Of a stretch of DNA of 64,000 bases, positions 45,204 to 55,794 are shown piece after piece (the stretch's first letter is position 1; every line of letters starts with the position of its first letter). Where the stretch lies: assembly GCA_964612055.1 (NCBI GenBank), contig CAZTBI010000001.1, positions 156,246 to 220,245 of the forward strand. The letters are read 5' to 3'. Source of the stretch: an uncultured Bdellovibrionales bacterium (GTDB lineage Bacteria; Patescibacteriota; Minisyncoccia; Moranbacterales; UBA1568). The position numbers and the translations under genes were made by a program. The notes under the pieces were generated by a model, which was not told where the DNA came from, did no database searches, and saw only the letters and a program-made list of their open reading frames with translations.

Positions 45204-46157
45204 TTATTTCTTGTAACGTTCTTTTCTCATTTGGTACATGAGATCTTCGGTCAGCTTTCGATTACTCTTGATCATATCGGCAATAAAGGCAAAGATCAGG
45301 AGCTGGATGCCGATGATGAAGAGGATACTTGAGGAAAGGAGGTAGTTGAGATAGGGCGTCACTTTGAAACCGCTTCCAAGGTATTGCACGAGGAAAGCAA
45401 GAAAACCGAAGAAGGCAATAAGAATCAGAATGAGACCAGGGAAGCCAAAAAATTTCATTGGGCGGACGTCACGTACCGCTTTTAGAATGATACGAGCACT
45501 GTTATTGACGAAGCTATAGACACTCTTTACAATCTTTGATTTTCGATCGGCGAAGTATGTTACCTGAACTGGTACCCAGAGGACGCGAAGATTTTTTCCG
45601 ATAGCGTCAATAATCGTTTCCTGGGTGTAGGTAAAGCCAGTAGGGGTATTGAGGCGGAGTAATGTTTCACGGCTGTGGGCGCGAAAGCCACAGGTGAGAT
45701 CATCGGTTTTGACGTTTAAGAAAGAACCAACAAGTGATGCCCCTAAACGATTGAAGAAATCCTTGATCCAAGGGATGTTTTTAGCGCTCGACTCAGAAAA
45801 TCTGTCACCAACAACCATGTCGGCCTGATTGTTCAGTACTGGATCGATCAGTTTTTGAATCTCACCTGAATCAAATTGGCCATCAGCGTCGATGTTTACC
45901 ATGATGTCAGCGCCTTCTTTTAAGGCGTTTTCACTGGCGGTAGCAAACATCGCTCCTAGACGACGATTGATTCCGTGTTTCAAAACGAAGTCAGCACCTG
46001 CTTCCTTGGCGACGTCTGCGGTACGATCTGTCGAGCCATCATCAACCACTTGCACCAATACTTCATCCACACCGGTAAAGTGGCGGGGCATATTCTGGAT
46101 TGTCTTTCCGATGACAGTCTCTTCGTTGAAAGCTGGGATGTTGATGATGAGGCGCAT
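45204..46157 (-). CDS. polyprenyl-phosphate glycosyltransferase (GtrB/DPM1-like GT2)
   Basis: INIPAFNEE...VVDDGSTDRT, DADGQFD, C-terminal TM pair; 317 aa. Confidence 0.8.
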   Translation of the reverse strand: MRLIINIPAFNEETVIGKTIQNMPRHFTGVDEVLVQVVDDGSTDRTADVAKEAGADFVLKHGINRRLGAMFATASENALKEGADIMVNIDADGQFDSGEIQKLIDPVLNNQADMVVGDRFSESSAKNIPWIKDFFNRLGASLVGSFLNVKTDDLTCGFRAHSRETLLRLNTPTGFTYTQETIIDAIGKNLRVLWVPVQVTYFADRKSKIVKSVYSFVNNSARIILKAVRDVRPMKFFGFPGLILILIAFFGFLAFLVQYLGSGFKVTPYLNYLLSSSILFIIGIQLLIFAFIADMIKSNRKLTEDLMYQMRKERYKK

Positions 46158-46192
46158 AGGTGGCGGATCAAAAGTTAAAAATATCCGATGAA

Positions 46193-46438
46193 TTATTCTT
46201 CTGTTTTTTCTATGAGCAGTTTGGTATCAACACAACGGAAATCGCATGTTTCTTTAGCTCCTTCTAAACCATTCTTGATCAGGTCTTTCTGGCACTGGTC
46301 GAATTTTTCCTGACAGACTTCTTTGCGTTCGCTCCAGTAATTCATATTTATTTCATAGCCAAAGTAGGGCAGAGCAAAATAGGAAACCGTGAGAACGCCA
46401 GCCATCCAGACAACTAATTTCAGTAGGCCAAAGATCAT
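46193..46438 (-). CDS. small membrane-anchored 4-Cys protein
   Basis: 81 aa; N-terminal TM; CQEKFDQCQ...CDFRC. Confidence 0.4.
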   Translation of the reverse strand: MIFGLLKLVVWMAGVLTVSYFALPYFGYEINMNYWSERKEVCQEKFDQCQKDLIKNGLEGAKETCDFRCVDTKLLIEKTEE

Positions 46439-46441
46439 ACT

Positions 46442-47728
46442 TTAGCGGCCGATGCCTTTATAGATAATGCCGGAATCGGCAAAGGAAGCCTTGTCGAGAC
46501 AGTTCTTACCATCGATCAATACTTTGATTCCGTATTTTTTGAGGAGCTCTGGAGTGATAACTTCTTTGAATTCACGATGATCCGTCACGAGCACTAAGGC
46601 CTGCGACCCTTCAAGAAGTGTTTCGAGGGATGGAACGCTCGATTTTTTGATGACGTGTGGGTCGTATGTCGCAACTTCAGCACCATGCTTTTTCAGTTCT
46701 TTGATTACCTTAAAAGCGGGCGATTCACGTATATCATCGATATTTGCCTTGTAAGAGAGTCCTAAAACACCGACTTTCGTGCCATTGACAGGGAGCTTGA
46801 CTTGATTCAAAGCATCCTGCAAAAGCTCTACGGTATACGCTGGCATGCTGTTGTTGATATCGCGGGCGATCTTCAGAAACTTGTGGTCAAAACCCGACTG
46901 TTTGGCGCGCTCTATCAAGTAATACGGATCAACTGGAATACAGTGACCACCGACACCACAGGAAGGGTAGTGAGCCATGAAGGCAAACGGCTTGGTAGCT
47001 GCTCCTTGAATAACGTCTTTGACATCGATGTTTAAGACGTCGAAAGAGCGGGCCAGCTCGTTGACGAAGGCGATGTTGATATCACGGAAGGAATTTTCGA
47101 CGATTTTTACCGCTTCAGCCTCTCGAATGGACTTCATTTTTCGAATTTCTCCATCAACGATAGAAGCATAAAAATCATGAGCGAGGTTGAGGCCGGTCTC
47201 ATCGAAGGAGCCAACGACACGAGGGATGTTCGTGACGTTCCACTTGTCATCTCCTGGATTGATACGCTCCGGGCAGTGTGCCAGGTAGAGGTCGCTGCCA
47301 ATAGTGTAGCCAGCTTTCTCGAAAATCGGCCGTACCACTTCTTCGCTTACTCCGGGGTTGACGGTGGATTCCAAAACAACGAGCGCGCCCTTCTTGGCAT
47401 GAGAAGCAATGAGTTTGGAAGCGGAGATGACGGGTTCGAGATCTGGATAAAAGGATTCATCAACTGGAGTAGGGACACAAATAAGAATGATATCTGCTGA
47501 GGCGAGTTTTTCTTCGTCACTGGTGGCATCGAAACGGAAACGCGAAAGATTCTCTTCGAGAAAAGCATCTTCGATAGGGCTTTTGCCTTGATTCAAAAGA
47601 GCGATCTTTTCTTCGTTGGTATCAAATCCAATAACGTTGTAGCCTCGTTCACTGGCGCGTACAGCGAGTGGTAACCCAACATATCCGAGACCAACCACGG
47701 CCACTGTTTTTTTCTCTTCAGACGACAT
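46442..47728 (-). CDS. nucleotide-sugar dehydrogenase (UDP-ManNAc/UDP-GlcNAc dehydrogenase family)
   Basis: VAVVGLGYVGLPLA Rossmann; catalytic Cys region SCGVGGHCIPVDP; 428 aa. Confidence 0.85.
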   Translation of the reverse strand: MSSEEKKTVAVVGLGYVGLPLAVRASERGYNVIGFDTNEEKIALLNQGKSPIEDAFLEENLSRFRFDATSDEEKLASADIILICVPTPVDESFYPDLEPVISASKLIASHAKKGALVVLESTVNPGVSEEVVRPIFEKAGYTIGSDLYLAHCPERINPGDDKWNVTNIPRVVGSFDETGLNLAHDFYASIVDGEIRKMKSIREAEAVKIVENSFRDINIAFVNELARSFDVLNIDVKDVIQGAATKPFAFMAHYPSCGVGGHCIPVDPYYLIERAKQSGFDHKFLKIARDINNSMPAYTVELLQDALNQVKLPVNGTKVGVLGLSYKANIDDIRESPAFKVIKELKKHGAEVATYDPHVIKKSSVPSLETLLEGSQALVLVTDHREFKEVITPELLKKYGIKVLIDGKNCLDKASFADSGIIYKGIGR

Positions 47729-47830
47729 AGCTTGAATTTAGAGGTAATATGTTCTATTGTACGAAATAATCATCCCTCTGACAAGGAAAAGTGCTTTTTC
47801 AGGCCTTTCTTCAGTCTCATTTTATTTCCT

Positions 47831-48427
47831 ATGTTTCTCACTCCAAGAATTGAAAAAGCCATCGTTCGAGCAACGGTACTCCATCAGTCTCAGAAACGAA
47901 AAATAAGTGGGGTACCCTATATCGTCCATCCGTATTCGGTAGCTTTTCTTTTGGCGCACTATACTGATGATGAAGACGTCATCATTGCTGGACTCCTTCA
48001 TGATACCCTCGAGGATATTCCAGAATACACCGAGGAGATGCTCCGAGAAGAATTTGGTGAACGCGCCTGCGCCATTGTCAAAGAAGTGACAGAAGATTTC
48101 ACTCAGGCTGAGAAAGAAGATCATAGTATTCGGGGAAATAATTGGCGAGCACGGAAGGAAAAGTATCTCGCTAACCTCTCCAATGACAGCAAGGAGGCTC
48201 TGCTCGTAGCGACGGCTGATAAAATCCACAATATGCGGAGCGCACTTGATGAGTACCGTATTCATGGCGACAGTGTTTGGGAAAAATTTAAAAGAAATGC
48301 TGATAATCTTATCTGGTTTTATACTGAGGCGGCAAAGGTTATAAATGAACATTTGGAGCATCCGCTCGTTGAAGAAATGAATCGGCTCCTTTTGGAACTT
48401 CAAGCGACGGCCCCTGACAAAAAGTAA
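47831..48427 (+). CDS. HD-domain phosphohydrolase (small (p)ppGpp-hydrolase-like)
   Basis: HP...H...LLHDTLED motif order typical of SpoT/Mesh1-type HD domains; ATG 47831 preferred. Confidence 0.6.
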   Translation: MFLTPRIEKAIVRATVLHQSQKRKISGVPYIVHPYSVAFLLAHYTDDEDVIIAGLLHDTLEDIPEYTEEMLREEFGERACAIVKEVTEDFTQAEKEDHSIRGNNWRARKEKYLANLSNDSKEALLVATADKIHNMRSALDEYRIHGDSVWEKFKRNADNLIWFYTEAAKVINEHLEHPLVEEMNRLLLELQATAPDKK

Positions 48428-48464
48428 GGCTTTTTTCTTTGAGGTAATCTGGTACAATGCATAT

Positions 48465-49616
48465 ATGCGTATTGGTATCGATGCTTCATTTTTGCGGAAG
48501 CCTGGCACAGGAATTGGCCAGGTGACTTTTCATTTTTTGGAAACTTTAAAAGCCTTCCCAGAAGCTCATTCCCATGAGTTTTTTCTCTATACCGAAGAGA
48601 AATTAGAAGGGGGTATACAATATCCAGATTTTTTCCATGTCAAAAGTTTTTTGCCATGGTGGAAGCGTGACGATTTGATCCGCAAGGTCTTGTGGGAAGG
48701 ACGGGTGGCAAAAGAGGCTCAAAAAGATGGTTGCGATGTTTTTTTGAGCTTGTACCAGAGTAGTACCATTGCTCCGAAAGAAATGCGGCACATCATGGTG
48801 GTGCATGATATCATCCCGAGAATTTTTCCACAGTACCAGGGTAATATGCGTCAGAAATATCATTGGAAGCTCGTAGAGCAGGGGATAAAGAAAGCTCATC
48901 ACATCATTGCGGTCTCTTCAGCTACAAAAAATGATTTGGTGGAATTTGGTATCGATCATGAGGATATTACCGTCGCTTCACCTGATGTGGCACCGATCTT
49001 CAGGAAAGACCTGACTCCAGAGGAGGAAAATCGCGTCATGGCAACCTACGCACTGGTGCCGGGGTATATCTACCATGGTGGTGGATTAGAAATTCGCAAG
49101 AATACTGAAGGTCTACTCCGAGTCTACAAGCTTTTGTCTGACAAAGAAAAAGCGGGGGTACTTGGCACGCCACTTCCACCACTCGTTATTTCGGGAAAGG
49201 TATTTAGAGAGGATAATCCGTTGGCGACGCCGGTGAAGAAGTTGCTCCGGGAGCTTGGTCTCGGAGATCGTGTAAAGCTTTTGGATTTTGTGCCAGAGAA
49301 AGATTTGCCAGCACTGTACAAGAATGCTCTTTTCTTCGTCTACCCGTCCCTCTATGAAGGTTTCGGCTTACCGGTACTGGAAGCGCTCTGTATGAAAACT
49401 CCTGTTCTCACGTCGGATAACTCTTCTCTTCCGGAAGTCGCGCAGGGTGCCGCTCTCTATATTGATCCAGAGCATACTGATTCTCTTGCTTCTGGTATGG
49501 AGCGACTCCTTTCCGACGCAGCACTGAGAAAAACGCTCTGCGAACACGCCGAGCAGGCCACCGCCCGTTTTAGTTGGAAGATTTTTACAAAAACAGTTCT
49601 AGATTCCCTCTCATAG
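48465..49616 (+). CDS. glycosyltransferase family 1 (GT4)
   Basis: FVYPSLYEGFGLPVLEALCMKTPVLTSD (EX7E). Confidence 0.8.
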   Translation: MRIGIDASFLRKPGTGIGQVTFHFLETLKAFPEAHSHEFFLYTEEKLEGGIQYPDFFHVKSFLPWWKRDDLIRKVLWEGRVAKEAQKDGCDVFLSLYQSSTIAPKEMRHIMVVHDIIPRIFPQYQGNMRQKYHWKLVEQGIKKAHHIIAVSSATKNDLVEFGIDHEDITVASPDVAPIFRKDLTPEEENRVMATYALVPGYIYHGGGLEIRKNTEGLLRVYKLLSDKEKAGVLGTPLPPLVISGKVFREDNPLATPVKKLLRELGLGDRVKLLDFVPEKDLPALYKNALFFVYPSLYEGFGLPVLEALCMKTPVLTSDNSSLPEVAQGAALYIDPEHTDSLASGMERLLSDAALRKTLCEHAEQATARFSWKIFTKTVLDSLS

Positions 49617-49623
49617 AATTTTT

Positions 49624-51243
49624 ATGAATGTAGCTTCTTTGTTTTCTAGTATACGACCCAATAAAGTACTGCTTTTACTTGGAAGTATTCTTGGTTCCGT
49701 GGTGTGCATCGTGCTTCATAATGCAGGAGTGTTGCCGCTTGATGGAGTGACGTTCCTTTTCTTTTCTTTCGTCTTCTTCTTGTTTGCGCTTTACCGTCCG
49801 GGATGGGTATTCCTCCTTTTTGTTGGAGTCCTGCCTCTTGAAACTATCAATCTGGCTCCGGCAGTACTTGGTGGCATCGCGCTTCGACCATATCAGTGGC
49901 TGACCGGCATTCTTCTTGTAGCGGTACTCACTAGATTTCTTTTCAAAAGACTTCCTTTTGAGATTTTTCGGCCACGATTTTTCGATCTCTTACCAGTTTT
50001 AGTGGCTGTCGGTGCCTTCCTTGCAGTTATAGGAGCTCCGGTGCCATCTCTCGCTCTCAAGCAGGCTCTCGTCGTGGCATCTTTTGTCGCAATCTACTTT
50101 CTGGGGAGGATATTCTTCCGGACTTTGTTTGATATACGTCAGGCGGTGCCTTTTTTCCTTGGTTCTAGTCTTGTCGTTTCTGGTTATGCTCTTTGGCAAA
50201 ACATCCGGTTTTCTCTCGGACAAGAAAGTTTCCAAGTTATGACTGGGCGCCCCAACGCAACTCTGAGTGAAGCTGATTGGCTGGGAATGTTTGTCGTTTT
50301 GGTTATAGGTATCCTGTATATGCTCCTAGCGTTTTCTATAGAACCGTCAAGAAAGAAAACGTTTCAGGATATCTTGAAATCTACCTTGTTTTCCGTATTA
50401 CTCACGCTCACTTTCATTGTCTTGATTATCACAGTGGCACGGAGCGCTTGGTTGGGTGCTATCGCCCTGACGATCGTTTTCTCTCTTGGACTTCTTTTCA
50501 AAAAAAGTCTCAAGAGGAGTTGGCAACCGACCCTTATTTTCGGTGGGATACTTTCCCTGTCACTTCTCGTCGCTCTGGGAGCGGTTCTTCTTTTTCACTT
50601 GAGCCCATTTCAATTCCTGAATCGTATACAGAGTACCGGGAGCGGTTTACAAAAAATCACCGTAGCCTGTGAGAGCGATAGAGTGCTTCCAGAAAAAGTC
50701 GCTTACGTTGATGATCTCTCGGCGTTTGGTTGTCGACATATAGATCTTGAAGCTATTGAATCAGAGCAAGGAGAGGGGAAGTTCGTGAAAGAAGTGTTTC
50801 GTGATGATCCAAATGTCTCCATTCGTAAGGAGATTTATGGAAAGTCCTGGGATTTAATACGGGCTCATCCGTTTCTTGGTATCGGCTGGGGAAGCGCTGC
50901 TCTTTTTCTAGGGAATGATGAGCGGGGAGCTGGACTGAATGCAAGCAATATTTTCCTAGAAGTTTGGTTGGGGAGTGGACTTCTTGGTTTGATGGCCTTT
51001 TCACTTTTTTGGCTCTCTCTCATGCATGCTTCTTTCTTCTGGTATCGCACATCAGGATCAGAGACAGAACGTCTTTTCGGGCTCTTCTTTCTCTCAAGTA
51101 TTATCGGCATAACCGTTTTCGATCTCTTTAATTCTGGTATACTGCTTGGGTTCTTTTTCCTCTTTCTCTCCTTAGGGGCACTTCCTTTGGAACAGCAAGA
51201 AGCGAGACTCTGTAAAAAATTCTTTCGAAAAGAAGCATCATGA
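49624..51243 (+). CDS. O-antigen ligase/polymerase family membrane protein (Wzy_C-like)
   Basis: 539 aa, about 12 TM with periplasmic loop ...ITVARSAWLGAIALT... typical of O-antigen ligase domain. Confidence 0.65.
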   Translation: MNVASLFSSIRPNKVLLLLGSILGSVVCIVLHNAGVLPLDGVTFLFFSFVFFLFALYRPGWVFLLFVGVLPLETINLAPAVLGGIALRPYQWLTGILLVAVLTRFLFKRLPFEIFRPRFFDLLPVLVAVGAFLAVIGAPVPSLALKQALVVASFVAIYFLGRIFFRTLFDIRQAVPFFLGSSLVVSGYALWQNIRFSLGQESFQVMTGRPNATLSEADWLGMFVVLVIGILYMLLAFSIEPSRKKTFQDILKSTLFSVLLTLTFIVLIITVARSAWLGAIALTIVFSLGLLFKKSLKRSWQPTLIFGGILSLSLLVALGAVLLFHLSPFQFLNRIQSTGSGLQKITVACESDRVLPEKVAYVDDLSAFGCRHIDLEAIESEQGEGKFVKEVFRDDPNVSIRKEIYGKSWDLIRAHPFLGIGWGSAALFLGNDERGAGLNASNIFLEVWLGSGLLGLMAFSLFWLSLMHASFFWYRTSGSETERLFGLFFLSSIIGITVFDLFNSGILLGFFFLFLSLGALPLEQQEARLCKKFFRKEAS

Positions 51244-52382
51244 ATAGTGTACGAGCGATAGACATCAGACTCTTAGGAAAGAAACGAACCGGTGATGAAG
51301 CGGTATTTTTTAACTTGACCAAAGAAATCTTAGCGAGCGATACGCATCATCAGTACCTCCTTCTGACCGACGAACAGGATCCACAGAAGCTTGCCATTAT
51401 CCAGGGGCGACTTGGTTGTATCGGTCAAAGTAACGTCCGTTTCGTTTCGCTCTCTGGTAAGAATCGCTTTATATGGAATTTGGTGACACTCCCGTGGTTT
51501 CTTTTGAGAAATCAAGTAGATACCTATCACACGCAGTACATTTTGCCATTTTTCATACCATCAAGAACAAAGGTGCTGCTTCATATCCATGATGTCTCCT
51601 TCAGGGTCTATCCGGAACTCATCGGTTGGAAGGATCGTTTCTTTCTCTCCTTTTTCATCCCACGTTCATTGAGACGCGCTAACCTTATTCTTGCTCCTTC
51701 ACAGTTTACCAAAGACGAAATCGTTCGTTGTTATGGGACTGTGACGGAAAAGATCGTCGTTATTCCGAATGCTGTTTCTCAAGAGTTTCTTACGGAGGCG
51801 AATCCAGATGCCGGAGTCCTCCGGAAGAAATACCATCTCCCGGAGCGCTTTATTGTGTACGTCGGGACACTACAGCCTCGCAAAAATATCCCACTCTTGA
51901 TACAGGCTTTTGGAGTATTGCGAAAGCGTCTTCCGGATATCAACCTCGTACTTATTGGGAGTCGATCGGGACATCACTTTGACCAGGATATCGACCGTTC
52001 CATCACCTCGCTTGGTCTGGAGAAGGAAGTGTTTTTTCCTGGATATATTGATCAGCGTGATCTTCCTGGAGTGATGCGGATGGCCGAAGTGTTTGCTTTT
52101 CCATCATTGTACGAAGGTTTTGGGATACCGATTCTCGAAGCTATGAGTCAAAAGGTGCCAGTAGTAGCCTCCGATATCCCTTGTCTGCGCGAAGTTGCTC
52201 TCGATGCTGCTTTATACTTTGATCCGGCGAGTATTGCCTCATGTGAAGAAAAGCTGTATACTCTTCTTACTGATAACAATCGAAGAGAGAGCGGAATTTC
52301 CCTTGGGATAAGCCGTTTTTCTCTTTTTTCTTGGCGTAAAAGCGCCGAAATGTTACTCACTGAATATCAAAAGCTTACTTGA
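51240..52382 (+). CDS. glycosyltransferase family 1 (GT4)
   Basis: FAFPSLYEGFGIPILEAMSQKVPVVASD (EX7E). Confidence 0.8.
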   Translation: MNSVRAIDIRLLGKKRTGDEAVFFNLTKEILASDTHHQYLLLTDEQDPQKLAIIQGRLGCIGQSNVRFVSLSGKNRFIWNLVTLPWFLLRNQVDTYHTQYILPFFIPSRTKVLLHIHDVSFRVYPELIGWKDRFFLSFFIPRSLRRANLILAPSQFTKDEIVRCYGTVTEKIVVIPNAVSQEFLTEANPDAGVLRKKYHLPERFIVYVGTLQPRKNIPLLIQAFGVLRKRLPDINLVLIGSRSGHHFDQDIDRSITSLGLEKEVFFPGYIDQRDLPGVMRMAEVFAFPSLYEGFGIPILEAMSQKVPVVASDIPCLREVALDAALYFDPASIASCEEKLYTLLTDNNRRESGISLGISRFSLFSWRKSAEMLLTEYQKLT

Positions 52383-52398
52383 TAAAATATCGGTTCCT

Positions 52399-53628
52399 AT
52401 GAATTTTTTTCAAAAGAAAGAGAAAGGCAGTATCAGCCCAAGTGATAGCGGGGTATCAAAAAAACGACGCATTGTACGCGTGGTATTGTTTTTCTTGGCG
52501 CTTCTTTTTATTGGTGGCGCTGTCTTTGCTTGGAAAACAGGCGTGACCCTCGATAAGGTTTCTCAGGGGAATGCCAATATATTCAAAAGCCTCGTAAAGT
52601 CTCTTCCAGGAGTCGAGAAGACGCTTTCTGGTGAGTCTGATGGCCGAGTGAATATCCTACTTCTCGGTATGCGTGGTGAAGGTGTAGAAGGTGGTGGACT
52701 TCTGGCTGATACCATCATGGTACTCTCTATCCATCCAAAAAGTGGTGAGGGCGATGTGAGTAAGGCTTCTCTCACTTCTATTCCGCGCGACCTGTACGTC
52801 AAAGTTCCTGGTCGGGATGAACATCGCAAGATAAATGCTGTCTATGCTCTTGGTGAAGAGCGTGAGCATGGCGGTGGTGGTATCGAAGACATGCGAACGA
52901 TTGTCGGCGAGATTACGGGGCTTGATATTCCGTATGGTGTGACTATAAACTTTCAGGGATTCAAGGATCTTGTGAATGCTATTGGTGGTATCAATGTTCA
53001 TCTCGATCAGCCTTTTGAAGAAGGAATGCAGTTTCGTGGACTGGAAAAGCGCTGTGACGGTATTACCTACACAGTGCCATCCGGAAGTTACGAGGAAAAG
53101 CGTATTCAGAGAAAAAATGGAACGTATTACGCTAATCCAAAGCGTTACCCACTGTGCTTTGAGAAAATGACGTCAGAGGCGATTGCAGAGCTTGAATGTG
53201 GAGGAAACTTCAAAATTCCAGCAGGGGACAATCTCCTTGATGGCGATAAGGCGCTCTGCTATGCCCGTGCCCGTTACACCTCGAGTGACTTCGATCGAGC
53301 CCGTCGCCAACAAGAAGTCATCAAACTGATCAAAGAAAAGGCGCTTAGTCTCGGGACTCTTACTGATTTCTCCAAGGTGAGTGCCATGCTTGATAGTTTG
53401 GGAAACAACGTTACTACCAATCTTGAGGCTTGGGAAATGAAGCGCTTCCTTGATCTCTATCAGACCGCCGGAGATGCTGGTAGTATCAATCAGAAAGTGC
53501 TGGAGAATTCTGAGGAAGGACTCTTGTACAATCCTCCGCAAACGAAAGAAACCGGCTATATCCTGCTTCCGATCGGAGACAACTACGACCGTATCCATGA
53601 GCTCTTCAAGAACTCACTTACTTACTAG
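52399..53628 (+). CDS. LytR-CpsA-Psr (LCP) family glycopolymer phosphotransferase
   Basis: N-terminal TM; NILLLGMRGEG...ADTIMVLSI...SIPRDLYV LCP core motifs. Confidence 0.8.
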   Translation: MNFFQKKEKGSISPSDSGVSKKRRIVRVVLFFLALLFIGGAVFAWKTGVTLDKVSQGNANIFKSLVKSLPGVEKTLSGESDGRVNILLLGMRGEGVEGGGLLADTIMVLSIHPKSGEGDVSKASLTSIPRDLYVKVPGRDEHRKINAVYALGEEREHGGGGIEDMRTIVGEITGLDIPYGVTINFQGFKDLVNAIGGINVHLDQPFEEGMQFRGLEKRCDGITYTVPSGSYEEKRIQRKNGTYYANPKRYPLCFEKMTSEAIAELECGGNFKIPAGDNLLDGDKALCYARARYTSSDFDRARRQQEVIKLIKEKALSLGTLTDFSKVSAMLDSLGNNVTTNLEAWEMKRFLDLYQTAGDAGSINQKVLENSEEGLLYNPPQTKETGYILLPIGDNYDRIHELFKNSLTY

Positions 53629-53648
53629 GGTTCGTCCCTTATATCACC

Positions 53649-54476
53649 TTGATGGAAAGAAAAGAACTGACCATCGCTGTTAATAGTTATAAAAATCAGG
53701 ACATTCTCCGTCTCTGTCTTGAGTCCATACGAAAAGAGATGCCAAAAACTGGCATTTCTTATGAAGTTCTCGTTGCTGATAGCGCGACAGAGGAAGACAC
53801 TGAGATGATGATGCGCGAGGACTTTCCAGAAGTGCGTTTCTTTCCGTTCAAAGAAAATGTCGGATTCAAGGCGTTGGTCAACGTTTCTTTGAGAGAGGCC
53901 GCTGGTCAGTACGTTTTTCTCATCAATAGTGACATCATCTTGAGTCCGGAAGCGATGCCAAAGCTTTTGGCGTATCTGAAAGAGCATCCGGAAATTGGTA
54001 TTCTCGGTCCGAAGCAATTTAACTTCAATGGCAGTCTTCAGCAAAGCTGCTTCCATTTCTATCGCCCAGAGACAATTTTGTACCGGCGCACATGGTTCGG
54101 GCGTCTCCCTTTTGCCAAGAGACACTTGGACTGGTTTACCTTAGCCGATCAAGATCTTTCTCGGCCGAGATCGGTTGATTGGGTTATCGGCTCTGCCATG
54201 TTGGTGTCAAAAGAGAAGGCGAGTGCAGTAGGACCGATGGATGATCGCTTCTTTATGTACATGGAAGACGTCGATTGGTGCCGTCGTTTCTGGGAACAGG
54301 GCTTCAAAGTGGTGTATTTCCCAGACGTCTTTGTCTACCACTATCACGGAAAGGGCAGTGCCAAAGGAGGGTTCTTCGGCTCTCTTCTCTTCAACCGTCT
54401 TACTTGGTACCATATTGAGAGTGCACTGAAGTATTTCTTCAAGTATGCAGGAAAACCACTTCCGAAAACAGAATAA
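53649..54476 (+). CDS. glycosyltransferase family 2
   Basis: LTIAVNSYKNQDILRLCLESI...VLVADSATEED...INSDIIL; 275 aa. Confidence 0.75.
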   Translation: MMERKELTIAVNSYKNQDILRLCLESIRKEMPKTGISYEVLVADSATEEDTEMMMREDFPEVRFFPFKENVGFKALVNVSLREAAGQYVFLINSDIILSPEAMPKLLAYLKEHPEIGILGPKQFNFNGSLQQSCFHFYRPETILYRRTWFGRLPFAKRHLDWFTLADQDLSRPRSVDWVIGSAMLVSKEKASAVGPMDDRFFMYMEDVDWCRRFWEQGFKVVYFPDVFVYHYHGKGSAKGGFFGSLLFNRLTWYHIESALKYFFKYAGKPLPKTE

Positions 54477-54497
54477 CTTTTCAAGAAAACACGAGAT

Positions 54498-55781
54498 ATG
54501 GATATGGTGAATGAATCGGAGCAGCAAACGCAGAAGGAACGTGGCCACAGACTTTTCAAAAAAGCTTTTCTTTTTTTCTTTGTACTTTTTTCTTTGGCTG
54601 GGATTTTTTGGCTTGGCTATGAAAAAGGATTAGAAGCAAGTTCTTCAAGTCAAAACTCACAGGCTTTGTCCCCTCAAGATGCCATCATCATCAATAAAGC
54701 AAGTTCGGACGATACTATTGATTTCTCCCTTTTCTGGAAGGTTTGGGGGATTTTGAAGGATAAGTACGTTGATAAATCAAAGCTTGATGCCCGAGAGCTT
54801 TTTTATGGGGCGATCGATGGTATGCTTGCCGCTACCAAAGACCCGTACACGACGTTTTTTAGCCCCAAGGAGAACCAGGAATTCAACGAGAGTATCTCTG
54901 GTACTTTCGAGGGTATCGGCGCTGAAATGGCAATTCGGGATGACGTCTTGACTATTATTGCACCTCTCGAGGGAACGCCTGCTGAAAAGGCCGGCCTCTT
55001 TTCTGGTGATAAGGTTGTCAAAATAGATGACGTCGTATCAAGTAGTTATTCTCTTGATGAAGCGGTGAAACATATCCGCGGAGAAAAGGGAACGCAAGTA
55101 AAACTCACTATTTTCCGCGAAGGTGAGGAAGAAACTCGCGATATTCTCGTGACGCGTGATGTTATTTTGGTAAAAAGTGTCCGTTTTGAGATGAAAGAGA
55201 ATGACATTGCTTACATACGCGTCAGTCGTTTCGGCGATGATACCGAGAAAGAATTTAAGAATGCCGTCAAAGAAACTCTTGCCAAGAAAGCAAAGGGACT
55301 TGTGATCGATCTTCGTAACAATCCTGGCGGCTTTCTAGACACGGCCGTGGCCCTGGCGAGCACCGCTTTGCCAAGTGGGAAGACGGTAGTGATAGAGGAG
55401 GATAGTGAGGGAAAGCGCAAGGAGATAAAATCTCGTGGTGGCGATTCTCTGAGCAGTCTTCCGACGGTTATACTCATCAATCAGGGAAGTGCCAGTGCCT
55501 CCGAGATTCTGGCTGGTGCTTTGCGAGATAATCGTGACAATGTTACTCTGATTGGGAAGAAGTCCTTCGGTAAAGGATCGGTTCAGGAACTCATATCAGT
55601 CAGTTCGGACACGGCAGTCAAGATTACGGTAGCACGCTGGCTCACGCCTTCTGGTAAACAAATTCACAACGTTGGGATTGTTCCGGATATTGAAGTTGGT
55701 CTTTCCAGTGAGGACCTTGAGCAAAAACGTGACCCGCAGCTCGACAAGGCACTTGAAGAATTAAAGAAGAGTATCAAATAG
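54498..55781 (+). CDS. carboxyl-terminal processing protease (S41)
   Basis: PDZ (GDKVVKIDD) plus S41 motifs GLVIDLRNNPGGFLDTAV and catalytic Ser/Lys region GSASASEILAGAL. Confidence 0.85.
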   Translation: MDMVNESEQQTQKERGHRLFKKAFLFFFVLFSLAGIFWLGYEKGLEASSSSQNSQALSPQDAIIINKASSDDTIDFSLFWKVWGILKDKYVDKSKLDARELFYGAIDGMLAATKDPYTTFFSPKENQEFNESISGTFEGIGAEMAIRDDVLTIIAPLEGTPAEKAGLFSGDKVVKIDDVVSSSYSLDEAVKHIRGEKGTQVKLTIFREGEEETRDILVTRDVILVKSVRFEMKENDIAYIRVSRFGDDTEKEFKNAVKETLAKKAKGLVIDLRNNPGGFLDTAVALASTALPSGKTVVIEEDSEGKRKEIKSRGGDSLSSLPTVILINQGSASASEILAGALRDNRDNVTLIGKKSFGKGSVQELISVSSDTAVKITVARWLTPSGKQIHNVGIVPDIEVGLSSEDLEQKRDPQLDKALEELKKSIK

Positions 55782-55794
55782 TAAAAGAAATTTT

